From Gemmatimonadota bacterium (GTDB taxonomy: Bacteria > Gemmatimonadota > Gemmatimonadetes > Gemmatimonadales > Gemmatimonadaceae): DNA of 64,000 bases. Location of the stretch: the NCBI GenBank assembly GCA_040389905.1, contig JAZJZK010000007.1:287492-351491 (forward strand), written 5' to 3'. The notes beneath the pieces were generated by a model, which searched no databases, had not been told where the DNA came from, and worked only from the letters and a program-made list of their open reading frames with translations. The position numbers were made by a program, and so were the translations under genes. Positions 9,800-19,898 of the stretch are shown piece after piece (position 1 is the stretch's first letter; each line of letters begins with the position of its first letter).

Positions 9800-11626
9800 T
9801 CAGCCGGGCATTTCCCCCAGCCCCTCTTCGCGCCACCAGCCGTCGACTCCTTCCTCGGCGCCGAAGATGCGCTTCCACCACGGAACGCGACGCTCACGCT
9901 CGAGCACCGCGCCAGCGGCGACGCGCCACGACTCCTGCATGGCCTGCGCGTCTGGGAAGCGCGCCTCGGCGTCAGGAGACAGTCCGCGCTTGAGCCATTC
10001 GCCGATCTCGGGCGCAACGCGGCTGACGTCCAATTCGCCGGACAGCTCGCGCGCGAGAATCACCTTGCTCTCGGCATCGCCAAATGGCGGCGCGCCGGTG
10101 AGCACAAACGCGACAATCGCCGCGAGCGAGAAGCAGTCGGCGGCCGCTTCCTGGGGTTCGCCAAGGAGCTGCTCCGGGGGTGAAAACGCCGGTGTTCCGG
10201 AGGCGCCGGTCGGCTCCTCACCGCCGGGGTTCGCGATGCCGAAGTCGGCAACCCGCCAACGGCGATAGCGATCGATGAGAATGTTTTCCGGCTTGAGATC
10301 GCGATGCACGATTCCAATGGCGTGCGCAGCAGCGAGTCCGCTGAGCACGCTGTCGATCTGCGGTGCAACCTCAGCGAGCGTGCGCGCACCGGCACGCGCC
10401 ACCAGGTCGGCGACCGACCCGCCTTCCGCGAGCTCCATCGTGTACCACGCGACATCGCCACGGCTGTCCCAATCATAGATCGGGACGATGGACGGATGCG
10501 CGAGCTGCGCGGCCAGTCGCGCCTCGCGGCGAAATCTGCCAACCGCGCGCTCGTCTCTCGCGACATGCTGGTGCAACAGTTTCAATGCGACCTCTCGGCC
10601 CAATGAGAGATCGCGAACTCGCCAGACGGAGCCGAACGTGCCGGACCCGAGTGGCGCGAGGACTTCGTAGTCATCACCAAGCGCCCAGCGCAGCCGCACT
10701 TCGGGCGACTCGCGCGACGCCGCCGTGTGCTCACCGCTGAGCGTGAGCACGGTGCGGCTTCCGAGAATGCGATCCATCGCGCGGACCATGGCAGCAACGG
10801 ATCCGAAGCGCTTGTCGGGGTCCGCCGACAGCGCCCGATCGATGACGTTCGATACCGACGGTGGAATGTCAGGCCGCACAAGTGAGGTGGGCGGAATGTC
10901 GTCGCGCGGCGGCGACTCCCCGGTCAGTGCATGAAAGCAGAGGGCGCCCAGCTGCCATTGATCGCTCAGGTACGTTGGCGACCAACCATCGCCCCACTCG
11001 GGAGGTAGTGGCATCCCCGTGGTATCCGGCGCGAGCGAATCCGGAATCGTGGCGAGCGGTACCGCCCACTGCCAGCCGAGCAGCCACAGGCGGCCCATGG
11101 GCGTGGACCACACATTGTGGACCGAAAGGGCACCGTGGGTGCTGCCCGCGTCGTGCAGATACGAGAGCGTCGAACCGATTTCCCGCATGACGCGGAGCAC
11201 CGCAGGGACGTCCTCGGCGCCTGCGCGCCCCAGGCGGGCGCCAACGGTTTCGCCGGCAATCCAGCGGCGCAGATATCCTGGACCGCGCCGGCTCTCCGCA
11301 TACGTGGCCCAATAGTGATACGTCGTGGGGACCGCCGGATGATTCCGGTGGGCCAACGCTCTCGCCTCGGCCTCGAGCCACGCCGCGTGGTCAGGCGCAG
11401 GTGCCGTGACGAGCGATAGCGACCGGCCAAGCGCGTCGATGACTTCCTGAAGATGCCGGTATTGGTGCCACAATCCCTCGGACCCCCAGTTCCATCCCGG
11501 CGGCAACTGCCACTCCGCGAGATGCTCGGGGAGCGCGTTGGAAACACGGTGGACCTCGCCGGTCGAGCGAAGTGGGCGTTCCGTCGCGGAACGAGTGCGG
11601 GCCGCCGGGGCAGTCGTACGAGTCAC
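9800..11626 (-). CDS. Hanks-type Ser/Thr kinase with N-terminal pseudokinase domain
   Basis: C-terminal domain has GSGTFG, VALK, HRDLKPEN, DFG; N-terminal domain is a degenerate kinase (HGALSVHNV, SDQWQLG). Confidence 0.9.
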   Translation of the reverse strand: MTRTTAPAARTRSATERPLRSTGEVHRVSNALPEHLAEWQLPPGWNWGSEGLWHQYRHLQEVIDALGRSLSLVTAPAPDHAAWLEAEARALAHRNHPAVPTTYHYWATYAESRRGPGYLRRWIAGETVGARLGRAGAEDVPAVLRVMREIGSTLSYLHDAGSTHGALSVHNVWSTPMGRLWLLGWQWAVPLATIPDSLAPDTTGMPLPPEWGDGWSPTYLSDQWQLGALCFHALTGESPPRDDIPPTSLVRPDIPPSVSNVIDRALSADPDKRFGSVAAMVRAMDRILGSRTVLTLSGEHTAASRESPEVRLRWALGDDYEVLAPLGSGTFGSVWRVRDLSLGREVALKLLHQHVARDERAVGRFRREARLAAQLAHPSIVPIYDWDSRGDVAWYTMELAEGGSVADLVARAGARTLAEVAPQIDSVLSGLAAAHAIGIVHRDLKPENILIDRYRRWRVADFGIANPGGEEPTGASGTPAFSPPEQLLGEPQEAAADCFSLAAIVAFVLTGAPPFGDAESKVILARELSGELDVSRVAPEIGEWLKRGLSPDAEARFPDAQAMQESWRVAAGAVLERERRVPWWKRIFGAEEGVDGWWREEGLGEMPG

Positions 11627-11678
11627 GACGTCAAACTAGCGGGCGCATCGCTCGTGAGAGAGTGCTCGGAGGCCCACA

Positions 11679-11993
11679 TCACATTCGTGACTCAGCGAGC
11701 ACTTCCTCGGCGGCGTGGTGGAACGCAGGCAGCAGCGAAACGTCGGGAAGGACACTGACCTCGACGGTGCGTACGCGCAGTGGCTCTCCGCCGAGGGGTG
11801 CGGCGGATTGGAGGGAGGGCACATGCAGCGTGACGGCAACGATGCGCCACATCGTACTCGGGCGCGACATCGTGCCGTCGCTTTCCACGGTATCGAGCTG
11901 GAGCACTTCGCCACGCGATGGAATCACTGCGCTCTGACACTCGGCGAGAAGCTGCTCGTTGCGGTCGTGGCGGGTGACGCGAAGCGTGATCAT
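11679..11993 (-). CDS. Hypothetical protein
   Basis: Protein-like ORF MITLRVTRHD... co-oriented with the kinase. Confidence 0.6.
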   Translation of the reverse strand: MITLRVTRHDRNEQLLAECQSAVIPSRGEVLQLDTVESDGTMSRPSTMWRIVAVTLHVPSLQSAAPLGGEPLRVRTVEVSVLPDVSLLPAFHHAAEEVLAESRM

Positions 11994-12134
11994 GCCGTCA
12001 TCATGCAGTTGAGGTTGGCCCAAGTTAAGCGTGAGAGATGGCGCAGAGCCAGCACGCGAGCAAGAATACAGTGCGAAACCAACGACGTTCATACCGCGTA
12101 CGGATGACTGCACCCCGAACAGGACGAGGTTCCC

Positions 12135-12413
12135 ATGTGGTTCATTCTGAGTTTTGCCATTTCGACGGTAGTGGGCATCTTCGCCTATGCACAGGCGCGC
12201 AATTTCGTGACGCGCCGCCTTCGGTACGTTGACGCGGTTCAGTCCGGTCTCGCACCAATCATTGCCGGTGTGGTCGTCGCGGTCATCTGCCTGCCCATCG
12301 TGGGGCTTCTCCCACTGGTTGGCGTCGGTACGGCGCTGACGCTCGGTTTGGCGGTCGGTGCGGGCGTTGCGGCTGGAGCGCGCGACGTACGCAACAAGCT
12401 TCCGGGGTACTGA
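12135..12413 (+). CDS. Small membrane protein
   Basis: GAGG RBS; hydrophobic helices. Confidence 0.75.
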   Translation: MWFILSFAISTVVGIFAYAQARNFVTRRLRYVDAVQSGLAPIIAGVVVAVICLPIVGLLPLVGVGTALTLGLAVGAGVAAGARDVRNKLPGY

Positions 12414-12470
12414 TCAGCGAGACAGGTCGCCACTCGGAGTGAGGTCACGGCTGTGGTATGCGCCGGACAT

Positions 12471-12610
12471 CAGCTATGTCAGGTGCTCAGTAGCCAGCCG
12501 CAGCCAACAGTTGATCAGAGGGTGTGGCGCTCTGGTGCGATGCGCCCGTTACGCCGCACCCCCTGATAGTCTGATAACTGCGGCTGATCACTGAGCACCT
12601 GTCACATCTG
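12471..12610. repeat. Imperfect ~60-bp inverted repeat with approximate 7-nt CAG periodicity
   Basis: CAGGTGCTCAGT..CAGCCGCAG..ATCAGAGGGTGTGGCG pairs with CGCCGCACCCCCTGAT..CTGCGGCTG..ACTGAGCACCTG. Confidence 0.8.
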
Positions 12611-12718
12611 CGGCCGGTACGCAGAAGCCTGGTCAACCCGATCTCACGGTCGCAGCACCGCTACTTTTCCCTGATGCCATCGACCGCGACCCGCGTACGA
12701 ACTGACGTGCGAGTATAA

Positions 12719-14227
12719 GTGCGCCTTTTCGTCATCCTGTATCGGCTCGGCCCGATCGCGATCGCATTCTGGCGCGACTATCGTCGGTGGCTGTTTTTCG
12801 GGGCTCCCGCGCGTCGCACTGACGCCGATCACGAACGCAGGGCGCAGCGGCTCGTCGTGGAGCTCGCGGCACTCGGGCCGACCTTCGTGAAGGGGGCGCA
12901 AGTCTTCGCGGGTCGCTCGGACATTCTCTCGGTGACGTACGCGAAGGCGCTGACGAGTCTCACCGACCGCGTGCCCGCCATTCCTGTCGAGGACGTCGAG
13001 CGCATCATCATCCAGGAGTACGGCACACGCGCCGAGGACTTGTTCGAGCGCTTCGATCGCACGCCGCTCGCCGCGGCGTCACTGGGGCAGGTGCATCGCG
13101 CGCGATACGACGGCGAGGAGGTGGTGATCAAGGTGCTCCGGCCCGGCGTCGAAGCCCTGGTGGCCAAGGACGTCAAGGCCGCGAAGCAGATTGTGCGCGT
13201 CGTCGAACGGTGGTGGCCCAACCCACACGTCATCGGGACACGTGTCGTGATCGAGGAGTTCTCGATTCGCGTACTGGAAGAGATGGATTTCCGGATGGAG
13301 GCGGCGCACGCGGTTTCCATCCGCGGCAATTTCGCCGGGTCCAGCGCGGTGTGGATTCCGCGCGTGATCGCGCCGATGGTTCGGCAGCGCGCACTCGTAC
13401 TCGAGTACTGCCCCGGCCGGCGCATTGACCAACTCGAGGAGTGGGTGACCAGCGGGCGCGTCGAGCCGCAGGAACTCGTTCGCGAAGTGATGGAACTCTA
13501 TGCGCGGATGATGCTCGTGCATGGACTGTTTCACGCAGACCCGCATCCAGGGAACATGCACGTCGCGGCTGATGGCAGAATCATCCTGCTCGACTTTGGC
13601 ATGGTCGTGCGGGTGCCGTTGGAGCTCCGGCGCGAACTGGTGCAGGCGATCTTCGCAGCCATTCGCCGAGATGCGCCGGCGCTGTCCGACAGCTTTTACC
13701 GTCTTGGGCTCGTGGCTACGGGCGCCGATCCAACGGTGATCCGCCAACTGGCGTCGACGCTGCTCTCGCTCGCCGACCAACGCACCACCACGCGCGAACG
13801 GGTTCAACGGCTGGCCGACGAAGTCCTGACGACGATTTACGACTGGCCAATCGTGCTGCCCAGCCAGCTCGTGTACTTCGCACGGACGGCATCGTTGATC
13901 GAGGGGCTTGGCAACCACTACGATACGCACTTCAACGCGCTGGCATTTGCCACGCCGATCGCTCTCTCGTTGCGCGGCCCTATCCTCGCCTCGCTCTATC
14001 CAGACGGAGATGGCCCGTCGTTCGATGCGGCGCGCGTTGTCGGTGCCGCGTTGGGTGCTGTCGTGCGTATCGTCAAACAGGCCTCGCTCGACGTCTTCGG
14101 TGCGATCCGGGACGCGATTGCCGTTGCCTCGATACCGACTCCCCAGCCGCTCACCACTGAGGTCGTTCGAACGAACGGCGGCGCGATCGCTTACACGACC
14201 CAAAAGAAAATCTCCGCAGATCACTAG
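12719..14227 (+). CDS. ABC1/UbiB family atypical kinase
   Basis: LGPTFVK, PLAAASLGQVHRA, VIKVLRP, FHADPHPGN, LLDFGM. Confidence 0.9.
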   Translation: MRLFVILYRLGPIAIAFWRDYRRWLFFGAPARRTDADHERRAQRLVVELAALGPTFVKGAQVFAGRSDILSVTYAKALTSLTDRVPAIPVEDVERIIIQEYGTRAEDLFERFDRTPLAAASLGQVHRARYDGEEVVIKVLRPGVEALVAKDVKAAKQIVRVVERWWPNPHVIGTRVVIEEFSIRVLEEMDFRMEAAHAVSIRGNFAGSSAVWIPRVIAPMVRQRALVLEYCPGRRIDQLEEWVTSGRVEPQELVREVMELYARMMLVHGLFHADPHPGNMHVAADGRIILLDFGMVVRVPLELRRELVQAIFAAIRRDAPALSDSFYRLGLVATGADPTVIRQLASTLLSLADQRTTTRERVQRLADEVLTTIYDWPIVLPSQLVYFARTASLIEGLGNHYDTHFNALAFATPIALSLRGPILASLYPDGDGPSFDAARVVGAALGAVVRIVKQASLDVFGAIRDAIAVASIPTPQPLTTEVVRTNGGAIAYTTQKKISADH

Positions 14228-14269
14228 TGGATCAGCGGCGATATTGGAACTGCGGAACAGCAATAGCAA

Positions 14270-14350
14270 TTAACCACCAGAGGACACAGAGGACACGGAG
14301 AATTGCCTGAGCAGTTTGTTCTCTGTGTCCTCTGTGTCCTCTGTGGTTAA
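14270..14350. repeat. Hairpin of 9-nt CAGAGGACA units between convergent genes
   Basis: TTAACCACCAGAGGACACAGAGGACACGGAGAA / TTCTCTGTGTCCTCTGTGTCCTCTGTGGTTAA. Confidence 0.85.
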
Positions 14351-14410
14351 GGCTTTGTTTCTGCAGTCAGGGGCTTTGTTTCTGTGGTTACAGCTTTGTC
14401 GTGGCCGATC

Positions 14411-16159
14411 CTACCTCAGCTGTACCCGCGCGAGATGGACGCCGTTCGCATCGCGGGTGGAGAGGTAGACGATCTTCCCCTTGCCGAATCCGATGAGCGT
14501 GAAGCCCTGCGGAATCTGAATCCGATCAACCAACTCACCAGCGCGACTGATGACGTCGAAGATGGGCCCGCCAGCAATAGGTGTGGGCGTGTTGATGTGA
14601 ACCCACAGGTTGCCGTCTCCATCCGCGCGGACGCTGTTCTCGCCGAATGGTGGCTTGTAGTCGGGCAGGTCCTGTGGATCCATGACGCCTGATGTGCGCA
14701 ACTGCGGCATCGGCGGCGCGTTGCCACCAGGCACCACCAAGGGAGCCGGAATGCAAGAGGGCCGGCCGGTCGTCGAGTTGAGTAGCGCTTGCGCTTCACG
14801 GCTAAGGCCCTGATTGCCGCCACCGGCGCCGCCGCGACCGCCGAAGCCGCCGCCGTCGCCGCCGCGGTTGCCACCACCATCACCGCCGCCGCGTGCCGGC
14901 CGATCTCCGCCCGCACCGCCGGGGAAGCCGCCACCCGGGAAACCGCCGCCCGGGAAGCCACCACCACGGCCACCGCGGCCGCCGCGGCCGGTCTGTGCGT
15001 CGGATGAATCCCTATCGGCAGCGGGAACCGCACCGGCCAGCATTTCCGGCTCCTCGCCCTCGGCGCAGGCGTAGATGTAGTTCGCAGGCATCTTGAGCGT
15101 GGGCGGAAGCTTCCATTCGCGCTGGAACCCCGCCGGCGGTGTGAAGCCCGCCGGGATCTCGAGCGAGTCCGGATAGCTCTTCCCGTACTGATTCACCCAG
15201 CGAATGAGCTGCTGCAGATACCCGCTCATGGCTCGACGCGTCTGAACGTTTCGCACTGAATCCACGAGGAGTTGCTTGGTGGAATCGTTCAGGCGTTGCC
15301 ACGGATACGGAAGCTTCGCGGAGGATGTAATCTTGCCATCCCCATCGCGATACTCGACGCGGTAGTCACGTGCGCGAAGGAACGCGATGATGCCATCCGG
15401 GAGCACGGCCCATTCATCCGTCGCCGGGAGCGGGTTCGTGACCGAGGTAAAGTTGAATCCGCCCGCCGGGTTGACCCGGACGCTGTTCTCCTCCTTTGGA
15501 ATCTTGATCACACCGAGTGTGTCGAGCTTCCGCGTGTCCATCGTGATGCCGACGATGAACGCGGAGTCAGGCTGCTGCGGAATCCAGGGTGTATCACGCG
15601 GGGGAGCTACTTTCGGCCGTCCCGGCTGGGCATTGATGCGATAGACGATCCGCCCCTTCGAATCCACACCGGGCAGGCCGCTGAAGCCGGACAGTGCGCC
15701 CGCATCCTGGATGCGTGGCAGCGACCGCACGCGCGCGATCTTGCCGTCCTTGTCGAGGAGGATCATGGCGAACGCGGCGCCATCGATGAAAATCGTCGTA
15801 TCGCCACGGTAGCTGATCATGCCGCCGGCTCGCGTGCCGTAGTACTGGCGTGTCTCACTCAATGAATCGAGTACGACCTTGACGAGCTTCAGCGACGAAT
15901 CGAGCATCAGCAGTCTGCGGCGCTGGCCATCGTTCAGCAGCACGCGTCCGTCGCTCAGCTGTTTCACGCTGGTGATCGAGCCCAGCTGCTCCGTGGAGAC
16001 GGCGGACGCCGTCGAGATGCGCCGGATCGCCGGACCCGGCGTAAGCGTGGGCAGGGCTGCCGGTTGGCGTGCTGGCGGTGCCGCGGGCGTCGTCTGCGCG
16101 CCGGCAACGTGTGCCGCGGCAACCATCGCGAGCGCTGTGACCTTCTGCAATGTCTTCAT
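14411..16159 (-). CDS. Exported protein, probable beta-propeller, with Gly/Arg-rich insert
   Basis: Signal peptide MKTLQKVTALAM; DGDGNLWV and FDVISRAGELVDRI strands; 4 nt downstream of the Oar-like gene. Confidence 0.8.
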   Translation of the reverse strand: MKTLQKVTALAMVAAAHVAGAQTTPAAPPARQPAALPTLTPGPAIRRISTASAVSTEQLGSITSVKQLSDGRVLLNDGQRRRLLMLDSSLKLVKVVLDSLSETRQYYGTRAGGMISYRGDTTIFIDGAAFAMILLDKDGKIARVRSLPRIQDAGALSGFSGLPGVDSKGRIVYRINAQPGRPKVAPPRDTPWIPQQPDSAFIVGITMDTRKLDTLGVIKIPKEENSVRVNPAGGFNFTSVTNPLPATDEWAVLPDGIIAFLRARDYRVEYRDGDGKITSSAKLPYPWQRLNDSTKQLLVDSVRNVQTRRAMSGYLQQLIRWVNQYGKSYPDSLEIPAGFTPPAGFQREWKLPPTLKMPANYIYACAEGEEPEMLAGAVPAADRDSSDAQTGRGGRGGRGGGFPGGGFPGGGFPGGAGGDRPARGGGDGGGNRGGDGGGFGGRGGAGGGNQGLSREAQALLNSTTGRPSCIPAPLVVPGGNAPPMPQLRTSGVMDPQDLPDYKPPFGENSVRADGDGNLWVHINTPTPIAGGPIFDVISRAGELVDRIQIPQGFTLIGFGKGKIVYLSTRDANGVHLARVQLR

Positions 16160-16163
16160 GGTA

Positions 16164-19100
16164 TTACAAGCCTCCTGGGCCACGACCGCCGCCACCACCA
16201 CCACCGCCACCGCCGAATCCTCCTCCACCACCTCCGCCACCTGTACCGCCGCCGACGTACAGGCCCGTTCCATTGCGGATCGACTGAAGGTAGAGCGGAT
16301 CGAGCGAATTCAATACCTGGGCCGGCAGCTTGCGCTTCTGCTCAGCCGTGAGCAGCCCCTGAATCGTCCGGCCGATTTCCATCAGCATGTCGACCTGCGC
16401 GTGACGCGCACTGAGATAGCGGTCGAACACTTCGCTGCCGTTGTAGTCTTCCGGCAGCTTGGCGAACCAGGTCGCGATCGGCGTCCACAACGAATCCGTG
16501 CGGTAGAGATAGTCGCGGTTCATCGAGGCAATGCTGTCTGCCTGAACCGCCGTCAACTGCAGCGTGTCCTGCTGGCGCATGATGTTCTGCATCGGGTTCT
16601 GCAATCCGGCGGACGCCTGCTGGCGCAGTGACTGCTCGTTCTGCCGCGCGCCCGGCTGGCTGCGGCCGGCGTCGAGCGACTGCTCGAGCCGCTGCCACTC
16701 ACGGGTCGCGCCCAGGTCGTAGCGGAACGACAACGTGAGGACCACCGGATTGCGGAAGGTCATCAACTGCGGACTCGTCGCGCCGAAGCGCTGATTGACT
16801 TCGTACTTGTAGCGATTCGTCGACGGATCGAAGCCGCGCACGTACAGCAGGGCGGGATCCGGTGCGACCGACATGCCCCAACCCTTGATGTTGTTGGCGC
16901 CATTCACGAGCAGGTCGGCAGCGCCAATGGGGTTCGAGAGCGAGAACGAGACGTTCGCGCGCTGCGGCATGTGGAACTTCGCGCGGTCGAGCGTGATCTG
17001 CAGCGAAGCCGTGGAGCTCCATGGTCCCTTGCAGGAATTCCGATCGGCGATGCGGCCGAGCTGGCTCGAGAGGCAATCCGAATTCGCGAGCAGTGTCTTC
17101 ATGCCGGCAGCGAGGACCGGATCACTCGCCGACGACGGATTGTAGATGAACGCGCGGTCATTCGACGAACCGTCGCCGTTGACGTCGCCGGAGATCATCG
17201 GCGTGTAGCGATTGCCCGAGCGGAAGTTGCCGTTCCAGTTGACGTGGACGGCGTCGAAGAAGCTATACCGCAAGCTGTACGTGATCTGGTGCGGCCCCTG
17301 CGCCGACCTCGCGGACTCGACGAGCAGCGGATTTGACGCGGTGCTCTGGAAGCCCGAATACTGCTCGCGAATATCTGAGTAGGTATACGCCAGGCTCCAG
17401 CCGAACTCATTCTGCACTCGGCTGATGGGCGAGAGACGGAACATCAACTGCGCGGTGCGCCCGCTCAGGTCGGAGCGCAGTTCGTTCACGCGGTTGAAGG
17501 ACGGTGAGACGCGTGCATCGCGAGAGGCGATACTGCCGGTCGTCGTCACGATGCTCGTGGGCATCACGTACACCGGACGCCCGTCGTCGAGCGTGAAGCG
17601 CTCGTTCGGCGCGAAGTTGAGGTCGAGCGTCCGCTGCTGGTTCATGTTGAGCGACAGCGTCGCTTCGGTGCTCAGCGAGAAGCGTGCATCGAGGACCGTG
17701 CCGTTCCACGACAGGTTCGAGCGAACCGACTTCGCCGGTTTGAAGTCCGGGGAGAACAGCGTAACGCTCGGCGACGTGTTGGAGAACACGGAGCCGGCAG
17801 TGCCGTCCGCGCAGGCGTTCGGGATGCCTGCCGGGTTCGTCGTATACAGTGTCCAATCGGGGGACGGAACCGCGGGGCCGGTGCAAACAATCTGCTGCGT
17901 GCCGCCGGGCAGGCCGGTGTTGTCGAGCGCCGAGCCGATCGCACCCGCGTTCAGGTTGCTGGCGAATACTCCGATGCCTCCGCGCACGACCGCGCGCGGT
18001 GTCCGAGCCGCTCCGAAGAAGGCCGTGATCTCGTTGACCTGGCCCGTCGTCCAGGAGAAGCCGATTCTGGGGCTGACGAGGATCGGCGAGGGGACTGCAT
18101 CGTTGTTGCGACCGAACTGGGTGCTCACCAGATCGTTGTGCGCCGGCTTGATCGTATACGCGCTGGCATCGACACGCACGCCGTACTGGATCTGGAGATC
18201 CGGGGTGTAGCGATAGGTATCGCCCAGCGCCATGGAGCCGGAGGCCTGACCCGTCGTGCGTTGACGTGCGGCGAGCGTCCGCGTGAACGACGCGGGAATG
18301 CCCGCTTCGAGATCGGCGAGCGAGTTGTAGAAGAAGCTACCGAAGAGGTTGGAGGACTGGTCCTGCGTGTTGCCGCTGAAGACCGCCTCGGTGCTCAGCT
18401 TGATGCGGTGCTTGTTGCCGTCGTCGAACCAGGACAGTGTGTTCTGTGCCGTGGCGCCGATCGCGCGCGTGCTCGAGCTCAGCGTCTGATTCCCACCGAA
18501 CGCGAGCGACTGCACGCCGCTCGTTCCATCGTCGAAGAGTGAATTGACGCGGACGCGCCCGGATGGCAGCTCGAGATACGGTGACCCGTAATTCTTCGAC
18601 GCATTCACGCCGACGGTCGTTTCACTGAGGAGCAGCTTGATGTAGCCACTGTGCCGTCCCTGCACGCCACCGCCCCAGTTGAAGCGATCGCCACTCGACG
18701 ACGCGAGCGACGTAACACCGCCGGTCACCGGGCTCTGACGCGACCAGTTGCCGTTGAAAGTCAGGTTGAAGGCGTTCCCCGCGGTCGATGACGGCGGGTT
18801 GTAATCGATGCTGCCGAACGCGGAGCCGTTGTCGCTGACGCGACTCGAGTGCGTTCCCCCGCCGATCGTCGGCACGCCGCGCCGCTGGAGGATGTTGAGA
18901 AAGCGCTCGACGGAATCCATGGCAATGCCCGCCGTCTCGAGTCCGAGCGCATTCGTGTTGAGAATGGTCTGGTTGTCGCGGGAGTTGCGGCCGAGCTGAT
19001 AGGACAGATTGTAGAAGGACTTGTTCAAGACGAGCGGTCCCGACGCGACCCCGCCCCAAGAGACGTTCGTGTAGTCAGTGCCCAACGCCGAGGCGGCGTT

Positions 19101-19898
19101 GTCGCTCCACATGAGCGGCGGGGCGTTGAAGACCACGGAGGTGCCGCGCGTCTTGAAGTTGGAACCGCTGCGCGACTGCACATTGAGGTTGGCGCCGCTG
19201 AACCCGCCACGCGACACGTCGTACGGCGACGTCGACAGCGAGGTGGAGACGGCGGCGTCGCGCGGCAGGCTGCTCGAACTGGACTGCACACCATTGAGCG
19301 TGACAGTGTTCGCGTCTGCGCCGAGACCAAGCACGGAGAATCCATCGGCGGCCCCATCTGCACCGGCGACGAGCAGCACGCCCGGCAACGATGCGGCCAT
19401 TGCCGCGAGGTCACCCTGAAGTTCCGGCGGCAGGTTGTCGGTGGTCACGTTGCGCTCGGTGCCCGACACGTCCTGCGTCTGCTGGTTCCGGTTGACCCGT
19501 TGCTGCACCGTTTCCGTCGTCACGATCGTGTCGAGGGCGATGACGTTCATGCGGGCGTCGGCGACGAGCACTTCCTCGTCGGCGAGCCGCTTGACTTCGA
19601 AGGTGCGAAACAGGTAGCCGATGCGCGCGAAGCCCATGATGTAGTCGCCGGAGTTGCCCGGGAATGCAATCTGGTAGCTTCCGTTCGCGCCCGTCCGCAC
19701 TTCTCGCACGACGTTGCCGGGAATCGACGTCGCGGTGACCCGGACGTTCTGGAGCGGCAGGCCCTCGAAGTTCGTGACCTTGCCGCGGATCACATCAGTC
19801 TGCGCGCTCAACCGCGGGGCGAGTGCCAACAGGGCAAGGAGGACGACGAGTATCGCACTGCCTCGTCTGCCCGCCGTGAAATCATCCTTGGTCATCAT
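16164..19898 (-). CDS. Oar-like TonB-dependent-receptor-type outer-membrane protein
   Basis: Signal peptide, carboxypeptidase-like N-domain, YDVSRGGFSG plug motif, SPRIGFSW, GDVNGDG. Confidence 0.8.
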   Translation of the reverse strand: MMTKDDFTAGRRGSAILVVLLALLALAPRLSAQTDVIRGKVTNFEGLPLQNVRVTATSIPGNVVREVRTGANGSYQIAFPGNSGDYIMGFARIGYLFRTFEVKRLADEEVLVADARMNVIALDTIVTTETVQQRVNRNQQTQDVSGTERNVTTDNLPPELQGDLAAMAASLPGVLLVAGADGAADGFSVLGLGADANTVTLNGVQSSSSSLPRDAAVSTSLSTSPYDVSRGGFSGANLNVQSRSGSNFKTRGTSVVFNAPPLMWSDNAASALGTDYTNVSWGGVASGPLVLNKSFYNLSYQLGRNSRDNQTILNTNALGLETAGIAMDSVERFLNILQRRGVPTIGGGTHSSRVSDNGSAFGSIDYNPPSSTAGNAFNLTFNGNWSRQSPVTGGVTSLASSSGDRFNWGGGVQGRHSGYIKLLLSETTVGVNASKNYGSPYLELPSGRVRVNSLFDDGTSGVQSLAFGGNQTLSSSTRAIGATAQNTLSWFDDGNKHRIKLSTEAVFSGNTQDQSSNLFGSFFYNSLADLEAGIPASFTRTLAARQRTTGQASGSMALGDTYRYTPDLQIQYGVRVDASAYTIKPAHNDLVSTQFGRNNDAVPSPILVSPRIGFSWTTGQVNEITAFFGAARTPRAVVRGGIGVFASNLNAGAIGSALDNTGLPGGTQQIVCTGPAVPSPDWTLYTTNPAGIPNACADGTAGSVFSNTSPSVTLFSPDFKPAKSVRSNLSWNGTVLDARFSLSTEATLSLNMNQQRTLDLNFAPNERFTLDDGRPVYVMPTSIVTTTGSIASRDARVSPSFNRVNELRSDLSGRTAQLMFRLSPISRVQNEFGWSLAYTYSDIREQYSGFQSTASNPLLVESARSAQGPHQITYSLRYSFFDAVHVNWNGNFRSGNRYTPMISGDVNGDGSSNDRAFIYNPSSASDPVLAAGMKTLLANSDCLSSQLGRIADRNSCKGPWSSTASLQITLDRAKFHMPQRANVSFSLSNPIGAADLLVNGANNIKGWGMSVAPDPALLYVRGFDPSTNRYKYEVNQRFGATSPQLMTFRNPVVLTLSFRYDLGATREWQRLEQSLDAGRSQPGARQNEQSLRQQASAGLQNPMQNIMRQQDTLQLTAVQADSIASMNRDYLYRTDSLWTPIATWFAKLPEDYNGSEVFDRYLSARHAQVDMLMEIGRTIQGLLTAEQKRKLPAQVLNSLDPLYLQSIRNGTGLYVGGGTGGGGGGGGFGGGGGGGGGGRGPGGL

